Positions 9,801 through 19,560 of a stretch of DNA of 64,000 nucleotides are shown one piece after another (within the stretch, counting starts at the first letter, position 1; each line of letters opens with the position of its first letter). This DNA is from a virus, in the IMG/VR virus record IMGVR_UViG_3300020027_000005, positions 12,483 to 76,482 of that record; one strand, written 5' to 3'. Below the pieces are notes generated by a model. That model ran no database searches. It worked only from the letters and a program-made list of their open reading frames with translations, and was not told the origin of the DNA. The position numbers and the translations under genes are program-made.

Positions 9801-10832
9801 CTCGCCCAGGATGACGACACGTCCTCGCTTCGTCTGGCTGTGGCGGAAGTCCTTCTCGATTTCGGTTCAAACACTCAGCCGATCGCTGCTGGAGTGGGTG
9901 CCGACCTGACGTTCGACGAGGACGGAGATGGGCTTACGGACACCATCACCGTCAGCACCGCCACCTTCGTGACTGACGGAGTGGAGTTCGGGCACCGAGT
10001 AGACGTGGTGTATCCAGGCCCGACTTCTCGGCGTTCATACGTCATTGAGGTCGTGAGCGAAACGGTACTTAAAGTGGACCCTGCCGTACCGGTGTCTGTC
10101 ACTCCCTTGGCTTGGGCCATCGTTCGATCGAGCGTCTCGAACGCCCTCGACGATGTGCTGCAGCTTCGGACACAGATGGAAGATCTCCAGGAGATCGTAA
10201 ATCTCTACGTTGTCGAACAGAACGCCACGGTCTTGAACGCCCTGAACATGTTGAAGAAGCATCGGATGGACCGGGCCATCGACTTGTTCTACGACGGGCA
10301 ACTCGCAGAGTTCGTGGCCATGGAGTCCACGGACAGCAGCTACGCGAGTCAGGCTCGCAGCTCCATCCAGACCGTCGGAGCTGCGACGACTCCATCCGAG
10401 GACGTTGTTTCCAGTTCCTCGCAGCAGGTGAGTTCCGGAAACAACCTTTCTGGAGTGGATCCGGTCACAGGGAAGGCGGCTCCGAGTAGCACCTTTGCTT
10501 CGGCTACCCAGAGCCAGGCCATTGGCACAGACGAAGTCGAGACTCGAATCGCCTTGTCGAAGGCTGTGACCGAACTCGTGGCCGATGAACAGATTCGATC
10601 GATGCTCACGCTCAGCCTGGATGAAGCACGAAACAGAGGAATCTACGAGCTGAACGGGGAGATTCAAAGTGGTGTAATCTCCGATCAGGACTCGACCCTT
10701 CCCTGGCTCGATAAGACAGGGTCCGTGAAAGACAGGCTCATCGAGAAGGCGCAGGCTGCCATGGATGCCATCCAGTACATGCTGGACCATCCAGATGAAT
10801 TCGACGACGTGGCTTCAGAGGACTCCGGATGA
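6849..10832 (+). CDS. Large baseplate/tail-associated protein (1327 aa) with tandem beta modules
   Basis: Helical termini; about 8 FxxxGVxxGD..YxIxxV modules; directly upstream of the gp25-like and J-like genes. Confidence 0.65.
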   Translation: MSISRDDVREAVERYIPRTANFARSADLGELNREEVFDRLLHIVLSALLVDPDAVFFSVYLSTQRLLQDIQVALDALIDLDSIDQLRGISPLPPIRLEDLSKLEDAQSSLIGMSAALVDNLFGINQFNAFSEDITSFLVESVVPNVLNGGNNEKSSAAIRGSLQKVADAWDAVLERRAQIPTAVEEYENLDLRVQVSSTVISSIREKIIELRTTLPTLATTEHGKQSEQILVDLAAAVASLRVIALSPTPFGQQILGPLDDGYTDAEYLLTEGTATIEPLRPLLKGDDGKLFFDSVLVSSAGQTVTDGDDFTAEFTDPDVSDFTTVVSAGQFLTLVNSGERFQLNAVVAAALTLDGETRHLAASPQRYVVTETPPGTFFRSLETDFWDEYTGGRTASTVLLSGTNGSWVRIDKVVGSDGRNIKAQGTAGVARPFKAEGGFGLQDGGGTAFLDVTTPAAFLSDGVLPGDHLLVDGANATGNPYTVLSLVAEEALFVVETFPGPGDFSSDWIVEEADADHLFVVDEDVFERGVVVGDVIFFLNVGPILTAEITEIRGVNLLLTDFFFDENQAGIEWEIRYSDLLFISDTANFLSNNVVPGDILEVQGVEDYTIVSVDSQTQLTVDPEIDSFFVGKNFLVYPDPTITTKFVQTDVDFEAHGIGAFFEGVQVILNAETGDLNVVRLDPDDPVQALRVETPVSVDAGPLNWTLRAGDETDLFNDPSGPFANYEAGDIIVYRPGTVDERRVGIQEVLGPQSVRLAGTLPQGEVDIPYAVISVCKGGVQLIVSGRRHSVISVVDRHTLQVQPPLALTIGKDVEFLIVRSGSTPLAYHLVDEVTAQTFGVQGFPASIVGSDFELMSGQQVKGRVTARVDANDDTRFESFNITAQLRIGQRKAAYRLRTLLSNTTNKFKTDSSSPLPAAGDILTVWGQARTFEILEVALVGSDIVLTIDGLLPARLEEQSFVVVRGGSRNHGRFLLLQQKLATLAQDDDTSSLRLAVAEVLLDFGSNTQPIAAGVGADLTFDEDGDGLTDTITVSTATFVTDGVEFGHRVDVVYPGPTSRRSYVIEVVSETVLKVDPAVPVSVTPLAWAIVRSSVSNALDDVLQLRTQMEDLQEIVNLYVVEQNATVLNALNMLKKHRMDRAIDLFYDGQLAEFVAMESTDSSYASQARSSIQTVGAATTPSEDVVSSSSQQVSSGNNLSGVDPVTGKAAPSSTFASATQSQAIGTDEVETRIALSKAVTELVADEQIRSMLTLSLDEARNRGIYELNGEIQSGVISDQDSTLPWLDKTGSVKDRLIEKAQAAMDAIQYMLDHPDEFDDVASEDSG

Positions 10833-11491
10833 TCGATGTGCAGTTCATCTCTCTTGTGGATGAGCTTCAGGTTCTGGCCGCCGTAGAGGTGCCGGATGCA
10901 GAACCTCGAGCCATTCGACTGCAGTCGAGGGGCGGTTTCTTCGACGCACAACGGGTTCTCATTAATGACTTTGGAGTCGACACCTTTACGGTGGTGAACG
11001 ACAACTTCCTCCTGGTGAATCCCCCGAATCAGTTCTCTACAATCACCGTGGCTCAGATGGACTTCGCGGTGGTGTCGGGTTCCTACACGGGCGGTCGATC
11101 TGCCCGTCTGGTCTTCGGTCCCACGAAGACTGTTCGGAAAGTCGAAGGACTTCAGAAGCTGGTCCAGCAGGTGGTGAAGACCTTCTTGTCGAACGTCGGG
11201 TCGAACAAGTTCGCACGCAACGACGGGGGAGATCTTCTCCGGTCCCTCGGGGCCACGCTAAGCCCCGAGGGCCGTGCAAAAGTGACGGCCTCCGTTTCGC
11301 AAGCGGTTTCTCGAACGGAGGAACAGGTTCGAGCAGCGCAGCTTCGTGTACGGGGCCTGCCGACCGTGGAGAGGCTGCTCTCGCTCCAGCTCGACGGCGT
11401 CGTCTACCTCGCGGACCAGTTCAAGGTAGAAGCCAAGGTCAGGCTCGTGACGTTCGCTGGAAAGGCGATCGACATTCCACTGACTTTGTAA
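10829..11491 (+). CDS. Baseplate wedge protein, gp25/W-like
   Basis: VEGLQKLVQQVVKTFLSNVGSNKF..DGGDL; ERLLSL; position directly before the baseplate J-like gene. Confidence 0.6.
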   Translation: MIDVQFISLVDELQVLAAVEVPDAEPRAIRLQSRGGFFDAQRVLINDFGVDTFTVVNDNFLLVNPPNQFSTITVAQMDFAVVSGSYTGGRSARLVFGPTKTVRKVEGLQKLVQQVVKTFLSNVGSNKFARNDGGDLLRSLGATLSPEGRAKVTASVSQAVSRTEEQVRAAQLRVRGLPTVERLLSLQLDGVVYLADQFKVEAKVRLVTFAGKAIDIPLTL

Positions 11492-11500
11492 AGAGGGCTC

Positions 11501-14104
11501 ATGGCAACGGACGCAACTCTTCAGGAGCTGGCCCTCGAGCTGATGGCTGACTTCGACTCGACCATCGACACGTCGGAAGGCTCTCCATTTCGCACGAAGT
11601 TCCTGACCCCCTTCCTCACCCGGGTGGGTGGGAATCCTCTCGATGGAGACCTGGAGACCTTCCTCGTTTCGCGTCTCGAGACCGAGATTCCGAGCATCGA
11701 TGTGTCCCCGCTTGCGGGTATGCGAGACCTCGTCATCCGAGCGTGTACGGCCATCCTGGCTCCGTTCCGTCGGGAGATCTCGGCTCTCAAGCTGACCCAG
11801 AGTCTCTCGAAGTACCAGAGCATGACGAGGGCCGAGCTCAACGCCCTCCTTGCAAACTTCTTCACCGAGCTTCGGGAAGGGTCGGTCTCTGTGGGCATCG
11901 TCCGGATGCTCTTTCCCTCTCCCCGGTCGGTGACGGTGACTCCGCTCACCCAGTTCTCGACGGGGACGGGTCTGAACTTCTTCCCACAGACCGCCCAGTC
12001 GCTGACCTCGGTGCAGATGTCCTTCAACCAAGACGGAAGCCTGTTCTTCATGGACATCCTCGTCCAGGCGGAGAGTCCAGGAGAGGCCTACAACCTGGAG
12101 CCTGACTCCATCACTTCGGTGATCGGAATCAACGGGGTCACCAGGGTCACGAATCTCGGGAAATTCGAGGACGGTCTCTCGGAAGAGACGAAGGACGAGG
12201 GCGTCGCCCGGACTCAGAACTCCATTACAATCCGGAACCTGATCACCGACCGCGGCGTAAAGTTCGTTCTTCCCGAGAACTTCCCTGCGGTCGAAACCCT
12301 CCAGGTGATCGGGCATGGTGATCCTGAAATGGACCGGGACGTGGTCTACGGGCCTGTCGCCATTTCCGACATTCCAGGAGGTATCACCGGAAAGGACGAC
12401 CCCGGTCTCGGCGGAGGGGAGCAGATCCACATCGGAGGTAAGACCGACATCTACGTCTACCAGGCCGTTCCGGATCAGGATGACGTAGATATCGAAGACC
12501 TCACCGACAAGGGGTTCCGGATCTTCGCAGGAGTCCATGGCTATACAGATGCCGGTTCTCCCACGACAACGTTCAAGGATGATTTCGGGTTCTTCGACAA
12601 GCGAGGAGTTGCAGCAGGTGATTTCCTTCTCCTCGACAACCTCGTCAACGAGGTCGTGACTGTCGGAACATCAAACCTCGAGGTGATCGATCCTCTCGAC
12701 GCTTCGCAATTCGGAAAGGTCTACGAGATCATCCGGAAGGTTCCAGGCTTCCTGACCGTCCCCCTCTACGACCTGGTTGCAGAGGACGCTGATGGGAACC
12801 CGGTCATCGATGCGGACGACGACCCGATCTGTCCGATCCCCGGTTCCACTACCAAGGTCCCCCTCGTCCTCTCTTCGGTCGAGGTCAAGAAGTCCACAGT
12901 CGACTGGTCGAGCATCGCCAGGTCGAATGTGAAGCTTCCGCTCCTGCGGGTGGTGTCTGTCGAGCGGTTGGACCCGATCACCCTCGAAGGTTCGGCCCTC
13001 TTCATTCCCATGAGAGACCCGATCTTGGCTGTGGTCATTGGCGACGATTTCGCAGGTGGAACCGTCAGTACGAAAGCCCAGGGAACCATCAGGGTCTACT
13101 TCCGAGATCCGGTGAACGCCTGGGTAACAAGAGCGGACACCCGGTTCCTGAGCGCGGAGACTTTCAGCTTCCGTCCCATCACCGAGGTGTCGGGCACGGA
13201 CCACACCAGCACAGCCTCTGGAACTTCGGGAGGGAACACCATTACCCTTACGAATGGGAACTTCTCGGCAGCGGGTCTCGACGTCTTCCGTCCTGGATAC
13301 CGCATCGAGATTCCGAGTGGAGCCGGTGCCGGGACCTACACCGTTGTCTCCGGGGTGTTTTCCACTCCGAATACCATTCTCACCATTCGAGAAGATCTCC
13401 CGGCTACCTTCTCCTTGGCGAACTGGGGTGCGCACGTTGGCCGACTCGAGTCTACGGACCAGCTCGACGAGACCCTGGGGCTCTCGTACCTGGACGTGGA
13501 AGTCGAAGCGATGGTCAACGGCACGAACATGAACTTGGCTGAAGACACTCCGTTCCCAGACATCGTCTCTCTGGATTCGGAGGGCTGGTCTCTCGAAACG
13601 ACGAAGAACGTCACCTCTTTCTCGACTCGAGAGCTTCCCTACATCCAGTTCACGGAGTGGGTGAGTGACGATCTGTTCCTCGGCGATCCGCTCGACGCAC
13701 CCGCAGTCCGTGTCTCCTACGAACATGCCAGCACTCTGAAGGATCTGCAGACTTTCGCGGATGCTGCAGCAAACCGAATCGTCGCCGAGGAAGTTCTGAT
13801 TCGGCACTACCTCCCGGCCTACGTCCGGACAGTTGCAGTCATTGGTGGAATCTCGGTGGAGGACAGCAAGGAGAGAGTCGTCGAGTTCATCAACGCTCTC
13901 GATCCACTCGTTGAACTCCAGGTCTCGGACGTGATCGGCGACCTCACCAAGGCGGGTGTCACGAGCGTCGAGCTTCCTTTGTTCCTCGTGTCTTTGGCCC
14001 AGGACTCGTTTCGAAACTGGACCGGACTCATCAGCCAGAACACTCTCGGATCCAACAGGATTCAACACTTCATCGCGGACGAGTCCGCAATCGTCATCTC
14101 CTAG
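11501..14104 (+). CDS. Baseplate J-like (gp6-like) wedge protein
   Basis: REGSVSVGIVRM; VQAESPGEAYNL...VTNLGKFEDGLSEETKDE; GGKTDIYV. Confidence 0.75.
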   Translation: MATDATLQELALELMADFDSTIDTSEGSPFRTKFLTPFLTRVGGNPLDGDLETFLVSRLETEIPSIDVSPLAGMRDLVIRACTAILAPFRREISALKLTQSLSKYQSMTRAELNALLANFFTELREGSVSVGIVRMLFPSPRSVTVTPLTQFSTGTGLNFFPQTAQSLTSVQMSFNQDGSLFFMDILVQAESPGEAYNLEPDSITSVIGINGVTRVTNLGKFEDGLSEETKDEGVARTQNSITIRNLITDRGVKFVLPENFPAVETLQVIGHGDPEMDRDVVYGPVAISDIPGGITGKDDPGLGGGEQIHIGGKTDIYVYQAVPDQDDVDIEDLTDKGFRIFAGVHGYTDAGSPTTTFKDDFGFFDKRGVAAGDFLLLDNLVNEVVTVGTSNLEVIDPLDASQFGKVYEIIRKVPGFLTVPLYDLVAEDADGNPVIDADDDPICPIPGSTTKVPLVLSSVEVKKSTVDWSSIARSNVKLPLLRVVSVERLDPITLEGSALFIPMRDPILAVVIGDDFAGGTVSTKAQGTIRVYFRDPVNAWVTRADTRFLSAETFSFRPITEVSGTDHTSTASGTSGGNTITLTNGNFSAAGLDVFRPGYRIEIPSGAGAGTYTVVSGVFSTPNTILTIREDLPATFSLANWGAHVGRLESTDQLDETLGLSYLDVEVEAMVNGTNMNLAEDTPFPDIVSLDSEGWSLETTKNVTSFSTRELPYIQFTEWVSDDLFLGDPLDAPAVRVSYEHASTLKDLQTFADAAANRIVAEEVLIRHYLPAYVRTVAVIGGISVEDSKERVVEFINALDPLVELQVSDVIGDLTKAGVTSVELPLFLVSLAQDSFRNWTGLISQNTLGSNRIQHFIADESAIVIS

Positions 14105-14267
14105 GAGGGCATCCGGGGCATTCGTTGAATACTTGTCCGTTCTCCAGCTTGGGGACGAGGAGTTGGCCACAGTCCTTGCACCGGAGAGGTTCCTGAAGTG
14201 AGGGCAGGGTCGGTTCTTCTTCCAGAATTTCCCGAACTTCTTCCTCTGTCAGAGTGCGGATGGGCAT
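14094..14267 (-). CDS. Small zinc-ribbon protein
   Basis: CKDC...CPGC; GGAG RBS before ATG at 14267; fills the gap between + strand genes. Confidence 0.55.
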   Translation of the reverse strand: MPIRTLTEEEVREILEEEPTLPSLQEPLRCKDCGQLLVPKLENGQVFNECPGCPPRR

Positions 14268-14321
14268 CAGGTCTCCAGGCGAGAACATCGGGTAGGATAG
14301 CCTTCAAAATCAGGTAGGTCG

Positions 14322-15005
14322 ATGCGCCACGAAGCACAGCACTGGGATCGGATTCGGGCCACGGTCGAAATGGTCCGGCCCATGGGCAATGGCCTCACAG
14401 GGTTGACCCCTGTCGTGACCATTCAGCGGCTTTCCGATGGCCAGTTCCTGGCGAACGGCGGGGCTTCCTGGGCTGCAGGTGTTGCAACGAACAACATGGT
14501 CGAGGTCAGTTCTTCAAATCTTCCCGGACTCTACTCTTTTGCAATCCCTTCCGGCGCTTTGACCTATCTCCAAGGCTTGGCCGGGTACAGGTTCAAGATC
14601 ACGGAGGCGACAGAGAACCTCCTCGAGTACGTGTCCGTCGCTGGCCTTCGGTCGGAGTGGGACGAACTCACTGCTTCTCACGTCGTGGCGAATACCTTCG
14701 GAGTCGGGTCTCTCCCTCCCTCGGCAGCGGCCATCGCCGACCAGGTCTGGGACGAAGACATCTCCGGCCACACCTCGGCTTCGAGCGCAGGTCGAATGCT
14801 GCACATCATCATGAGTCTCGGTCACGGAAACCATCGTCTCCGGAATCCTGTGTTCGACTCTGAAGGTCGCATGACGGAGTGTGAACTCCGGACTTTCGCC
14901 AACACTTCGGATGCGAATTCTGACTCGAACGCGCTCGCGACCTTTACCATGGAAATGACCTACGACGCCTTCGGGAATCTCGCCTCGCTGCTCTCGAGGA
15001 ACTAG
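14322..15005 (+). CDS. Putative virion structural protein
   Basis: TGLTPVVTIQRLSDG, EVS....PGLY, AAIADQVWDE motifs of the type seen in tail-associated proteins. Confidence 0.6.
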   Translation: MRHEAQHWDRIRATVEMVRPMGNGLTGLTPVVTIQRLSDGQFLANGGASWAAGVATNNMVEVSSSNLPGLYSFAIPSGALTYLQGLAGYRFKITEATENLLEYVSVAGLRSEWDELTASHVVANTFGVGSLPPSAAAIADQVWDEDISGHTSASSAGRMLHIIMSLGHGNHRLRNPVFDSEGRMTECELRTFANTSDANSDSNALATFTMEMTYDAFGNLASLLSRN

Positions 15006-16693
15006 TGGCTCACGTCGGTCTCGCCACTGCCATCGCAACGAGGGGCATCACGAACGTCAATCCCATCGGGGGAGGCGGTCGTGCGACGTGGGGCTACATC
15101 ACCCAAGGAATTCCAGTCGACCTGGAATCCATCGTCCCTGCTCCTCTGCTTTCTACAGCAGCGCACGACGAGAACGGCATCCAGCGGCTGCTAAACAATA
15201 ACGTCGTCGACATCCGGTACACGGAGGTCTTCCGCAGTGTTTTCTGGCATCCGGACCGGGAATATACCGGGTTCGCTGCAGACGGATTCTGGTACACCGA
15301 CGGCCTCCTGGACCCGACCCACGTTCCCTTCAAAGCGACCTGGGCTCAGGAAGGAGAAAGCGAAGCGTCGATCAATAGAGGAGACCTCGACCGGTTCCCG
15401 AAGAAGATTCTGGTCGTGGCGACGGTTCAGGAAATCGCCATCTTCAATGCTGATGACCTGACTCTTTGGATGCGGTTCAACCTGGCGGTGGTCTCTCCTC
15501 CAGGTTTCGGCCCCTTCCTCGGGGCCCCCTCCTTCGAGATTCGGTCGGTCAGCTTCGACAACGGATTCCTCGTCGTGGCGACGAATGGGGGACTCCGAAT
15601 CGCGGACTTCCGTACCGACAAGGCTTTGGCACTGGGGTCCGCAAGTTCCAAACGTTCTGTGACCACGGGTCTCGCAAACAGAAATTCCAGCACCTACATG
15701 GATGGCTCCACCATCAGCCTCTTCATCTCGTCGGATGACTGCTTGATGGTGGATACCGAGATCCTCTCTCTTCCTTCTGGTGCGGTGAAGAGGGGCTACA
15801 CGGTCTGTGCTCTGGCTCATCCTGTCGGGTTCGACGGGATCATTCTCTCGAAGCCTGGCATCTCCGCACCGACCGTAAAGGCGACGATCATCGACAAGAA
15901 CGTCACCAGCGCCTGGGAAGTGGACGACGACGAAGACGGGGACACCGAGAGCCCCTTCTTCATCGACGCTGGAACCAGCTGGCTCGGTCAACAGGTCGCA
16001 CCCGGGGACATTCTCAGCACGGATGCCGCAACCGAACACACGGTCGTCGCGATCGAGCAGATCGTTCCGGGGTCTCATCTCGTTCTCGATCCCGAGCTCG
16101 AACTCGACCAGGCAGGGGCCGAGTACACCATTCGTCGCCAGGTACCCGTCGTTCGGATCAACGCACAGGCTGGTTGTTACTTCGCAAATGGCGAAAACAG
16201 AGTAACCAGTGTCCAGACTACCGACTGGTTCGAGGGTGGGACACCCATCTTCACGAACCTCTCCACGGGTCATGCGACCGCAGGGCTCAATGCCACGGTC
16301 GATTCCATCAACGACCTGTTCGTGACCGCGACGGGTGACGTGTACATCGCCACCTCCATCGGCATCTTCTACATCTCGGCGGAGGACCTCGACGAAAACC
16401 GGACGGCAGTCTTCACCTACTCCTCGACTTCCGTGGCCACAGGAACGGCCACCTACCAGATCCTCGAAGGGGTTGGAGAGTCCTGCCCGGCAGTGGCTGT
16501 GGACCCGGAGACCGGAAACGTTCTTGTGGTTCTGGACGAGATCGAAGGGGCGGTCACCGTGAAGTCGGTCATCTCCGAAATCAACCCGAACATTCACCAG
16601 ACTTTCCGGTACTTCGACCAGGTGGGGATTGTCCGAGCCCTTGTTTCGTACCGGAACCCGACAGGGCCTCCAGACAACACCGAGGTGGAGTGA
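15005..16693 (+). CDS. Putative virion protein, possibly a beta-propeller
   Basis: Blade-like repeats (FLVVATNGGLRIAD, VYIATSIGIFY); coupled to its neighbours. Confidence 0.6.
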   Translation: MAHVGLATAIATRGITNVNPIGGGGRATWGYITQGIPVDLESIVPAPLLSTAAHDENGIQRLLNNNVVDIRYTEVFRSVFWHPDREYTGFAADGFWYTDGLLDPTHVPFKATWAQEGESEASINRGDLDRFPKKILVVATVQEIAIFNADDLTLWMRFNLAVVSPPGFGPFLGAPSFEIRSVSFDNGFLVVATNGGLRIADFRTDKALALGSASSKRSVTTGLANRNSSTYMDGSTISLFISSDDCLMVDTEILSLPSGAVKRGYTVCALAHPVGFDGIILSKPGISAPTVKATIIDKNVTSAWEVDDDEDGDTESPFFIDAGTSWLGQQVAPGDILSTDAATEHTVVAIEQIVPGSHLVLDPELELDQAGAEYTIRRQVPVVRINAQAGCYFANGENRVTSVQTTDWFEGGTPIFTNLSTGHATAGLNATVDSINDLFVTATGDVYIATSIGIFYISAEDLDENRTAVFTYSSTSVATGTATYQILEGVGESCPAVAVDPETGNVLVVLDEIEGAVTVKSVISEINPNIHQTFRYFDQVGIVRALVSYRNPTGPPDNTEVE

Positions 16694-19371
16694 TGGCCTA
16701 CATCTTCGCCTCGAACTCCGGAGGGATCTTCGCGGCATCGGTGGTTTCCGAAGAGGTGTACGACCCGGTCTTCGATACTCCGATGGACGCAGACTTCATC
16801 TACCAGCTGCTCCCGTCGTTCTACAGAGACCTGATGGACGACAAGGAAGTCTTCTCCGTCACCTGGTCTGGCTTCATGCAGCAGGTGGCGGGCGACCTTC
16901 TGAACCTCTGGCAGATCGACTACGCGAAATCTTTGCGGGATGTCCCGGTCATTGCTCAACGCAAGTGGGTGCAGCTCGACCTGGTTCGTGAGGTTCCTTT
17001 TTCGGAGGAGCCGGGCCTCGAATTGTCAGGTGCCGCCAGTCAGCTCTTCACGTTCGACATCAATACCGAGCTTCTGAACGGCGTCTACGTCAGTCGGTCT
17101 CGCTTCGATGCGACCTACCTGCAGCTGATCCGTTTCGTGAACGAGCGGGCTTCTCTCTACTTCTCGGTCGATGTCACCGTCGAGAGTGCTGAGAAGTTCA
17201 GCGGGGCGCTCTTCGGGTACTTCGGAAATGGGAGTCAGCTCACGGACGGTCTCGTTGCTGCGATTCTCGGGAGTGAGACGGAGGTAGATAAACCCCGAGC
17301 TGCAATCATCCATTTCTCCCCTTCCGGGATGCCGACCGTAGCAGTGTCGGCGCTCACGTTGTCCCTCGACGAGGGCTACAGGCTCGACCTGAACTACACG
17401 TCGGGGACAGGCGTAGCTGTGCTCGAGGTCTACGAGCTGAGGCATCTCAAGGTTGAGGGCACTGCTGGAACTACGGAAGGTGATGAATCCGAGCTCCTCA
17501 CAAACTTCTTTACGGACGAATCTGTCGACTTCGAAGCTCTGGAAGTCGTACCCGGCGACATACTCATCGCTTTCGAAACCGAGTACGAAGTTCTGTCGGT
17601 CGATGGATCTACGCTTACCACGAAGACTATCGGACTCCCTGTTGAGGTTTCCTCAATCGCCTATGAGGTTCGAGGAAGTGCCGTGGTCACTTCCTGCGCG
17701 CTCGATATCCCCGGCGACGCTTCGGATCCGTCTTTCACCGCCACCAGGTTCGGGACCGCGACTCTCGACATTCGTTCGACGACGGCAGCCATCTTCTCCT
17801 CGCTCGCGAGTCTGAAGATCAAGGAGCTGCGAGCGGCCACGACGAACTGGCGATTCCTAGATCCCTCGTTCGAGGAGGACGTTCTCACGCTTCCTCGGCT
17901 CCAAAATGTCGTTACCTCGCCTGACATCCTGCTCACCGAGGGAACGGACTACTTCCTCGAAGACTCCACCATCTTCTTCCAAGAACCACCGCTCGAGGGA
18001 TTGTGGGCAGAGTACGTCGGCTACGACGAAGCATACATCGCTGACAACTTCGGAGCGAATGTCGGCTTGGTTGCCCCCTCTTCTGACCAGTACAAAGCAC
18101 GAGTGCGTGGGTTGAACTTCGCTTTCTGGCAGGGGCCCACGGTGGCTGCTATCCAGAAAGGCGTTCACATTCTCATCGGCCTTCCGATCGCAGAGAAGGC
18201 GGGCGTCGTAGAGGTAGTGAACGAGGCCTTCTCTGGCACCCTCGGCCTCATCACGGTCTCTGGTATCGACTACCTGTTCCCGGTTCTTGTAGGGACCGAG
18301 CTCCAGGTCGGGGATGAGGTCAGCACCTTCGATCCACTCTGTCTCGGGGTGGAGGTGGTCGACTACGTCATCGACCCAGAATGGTTCGTGAACCTCAACA
18401 TCAACGAGCTCCGGAAGTTCCACACCTTCGCAGTCCGCATCAACCTCGATGCGTTCTCTCTCGATACGCTCTCTCTGGCGGGGGAGTTCGTTACTCGAAT
18501 TAAGCCGACTTGGAAGGACGAACTCTTCATCGTCTTCAAGGAGCTCGAGGACGACATCATCGTCACGGACGACCTGCTTCTCAATGTCGTTCTGAAACTC
18601 TACGATCAGCCGTGCGAACTGTTCGTGGCCTATGACTCTGTGGAGTTCGGCGGCGAAGAAGCAGACTGGAAGTACGACCAAGGTCTAGCGGACTGGGACG
18701 GGACGAGTGCTGCAATGCGAGGCACCTCTACCCTTCTCACTGGCATCCTGACAATCACGAATGGTTCCGCCGGTGGTACCGGAGCCGGGAGTGCTTTCCT
18801 CGGAGAAATCGGTGGGCCGGGGGTTGTCGTCGGAAAGAACCTCGCCGTCGGGCTCTATACGACCAGTGCTTTCGGACACACCGTCGCAGGAAGCAACACT
18901 TTCACCGACGGATCGGGGAAGCTCGCCAACTGCGTTGTCGGAGACACTATCGAGATCACCGGAGAAGGGGTTTTTGAAGTCCTCTTGGTGAACTCTCCCA
19001 TCGAGATTGTTCTCGACGCTCCTACGGTTTCGGACAACACTGGGGTCACGTGGGAGAACTTCGGCAGGCTCAACAACTGGTCTTCGCTCGCGAGTGTGGC
19101 TTCGAACACGGCCCTGACCTTCGGCACGATTTCGAGTCTGCCGTCGGGGACCTACCACTTCGCGTTGTTGAACAACGACTACCTCACGGTCTTCTACGAT
19201 CAGTTCACCGAGTCGTGCCCAGACGAAGAGTTCGAAATCATCCTCACCTACACCGGAGGAGCGGCTCCTTTCGGGCCCGTTACGGTTCCCGCGGCTACAG
19301 GGACGACGGCTCACACCTTCGCAACGAACGGGGAAGCCTACTCCGTCGTCATCGCGGAATTGACCCCCTGA
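16690..19371 (+). CDS. Putative baseplate wedge/tail protein (893 aa)
   Basis: IYQLLPSFY at the N-terminus; YKARVRGL...GPTVAAI; RIKPTW motif of the type seen in gp7/tail-I-like wedge proteins. Confidence 0.6.
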   Translation: MMAYIFASNSGGIFAASVVSEEVYDPVFDTPMDADFIYQLLPSFYRDLMDDKEVFSVTWSGFMQQVAGDLLNLWQIDYAKSLRDVPVIAQRKWVQLDLVREVPFSEEPGLELSGAASQLFTFDINTELLNGVYVSRSRFDATYLQLIRFVNERASLYFSVDVTVESAEKFSGALFGYFGNGSQLTDGLVAAILGSETEVDKPRAAIIHFSPSGMPTVAVSALTLSLDEGYRLDLNYTSGTGVAVLEVYELRHLKVEGTAGTTEGDESELLTNFFTDESVDFEALEVVPGDILIAFETEYEVLSVDGSTLTTKTIGLPVEVSSIAYEVRGSAVVTSCALDIPGDASDPSFTATRFGTATLDIRSTTAAIFSSLASLKIKELRAATTNWRFLDPSFEEDVLTLPRLQNVVTSPDILLTEGTDYFLEDSTIFFQEPPLEGLWAEYVGYDEAYIADNFGANVGLVAPSSDQYKARVRGLNFAFWQGPTVAAIQKGVHILIGLPIAEKAGVVEVVNEAFSGTLGLITVSGIDYLFPVLVGTELQVGDEVSTFDPLCLGVEVVDYVIDPEWFVNLNINELRKFHTFAVRINLDAFSLDTLSLAGEFVTRIKPTWKDELFIVFKELEDDIIVTDDLLLNVVLKLYDQPCELFVAYDSVEFGGEEADWKYDQGLADWDGTSAAMRGTSTLLTGILTITNGSAGGTGAGSAFLGEIGGPGVVVGKNLAVGLYTTSAFGHTVAGSNTFTDGSGKLANCVVGDTIEITGEGVFEVLLVNSPIEIVLDAPTVSDNTGVTWENFGRLNNWSSLASVASNTALTFGTISSLPSGTYHFALLNNDYLTVFYDQFTESCPDEEFEIILTYTGGAAPFGPVTVPAATGTTAHTFATNGEAYSVVIAELTP

Positions 19372-19380
19372 GGTGGTAGG

Positions 19381-19560
19381 ATGCCCCGAGGTCTCAGATT
19401 CAAGGACATTCTGGCCCCGAAGGGGGACACCTTCCAGGTCAGGCTGAAGAGAAAAGGCGAGGCGGTCGCCGGACTCTACAAGGAAGACCAGAAGGATGAG
19501 ATTCGGTCCCCTTCTCTCGACGAGGTTCAGAGTGATCCGAAATCTCCTCACGACGGCTAG
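19381..19560 (+). CDS. 59-aa small protein, missing from the ORF track
   Basis: MPRGLRFKDILAPKGDTFQVRLKRKG...; GAGGTGG upstream; its FxDxxxPxG motif is shared with the next gene. Confidence 0.45.
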   Translation: MPRGLRFKDILAPKGDTFQVRLKRKGEAVAGLYKEDQKDEIRSPSLDEVQSDPKSPHDG

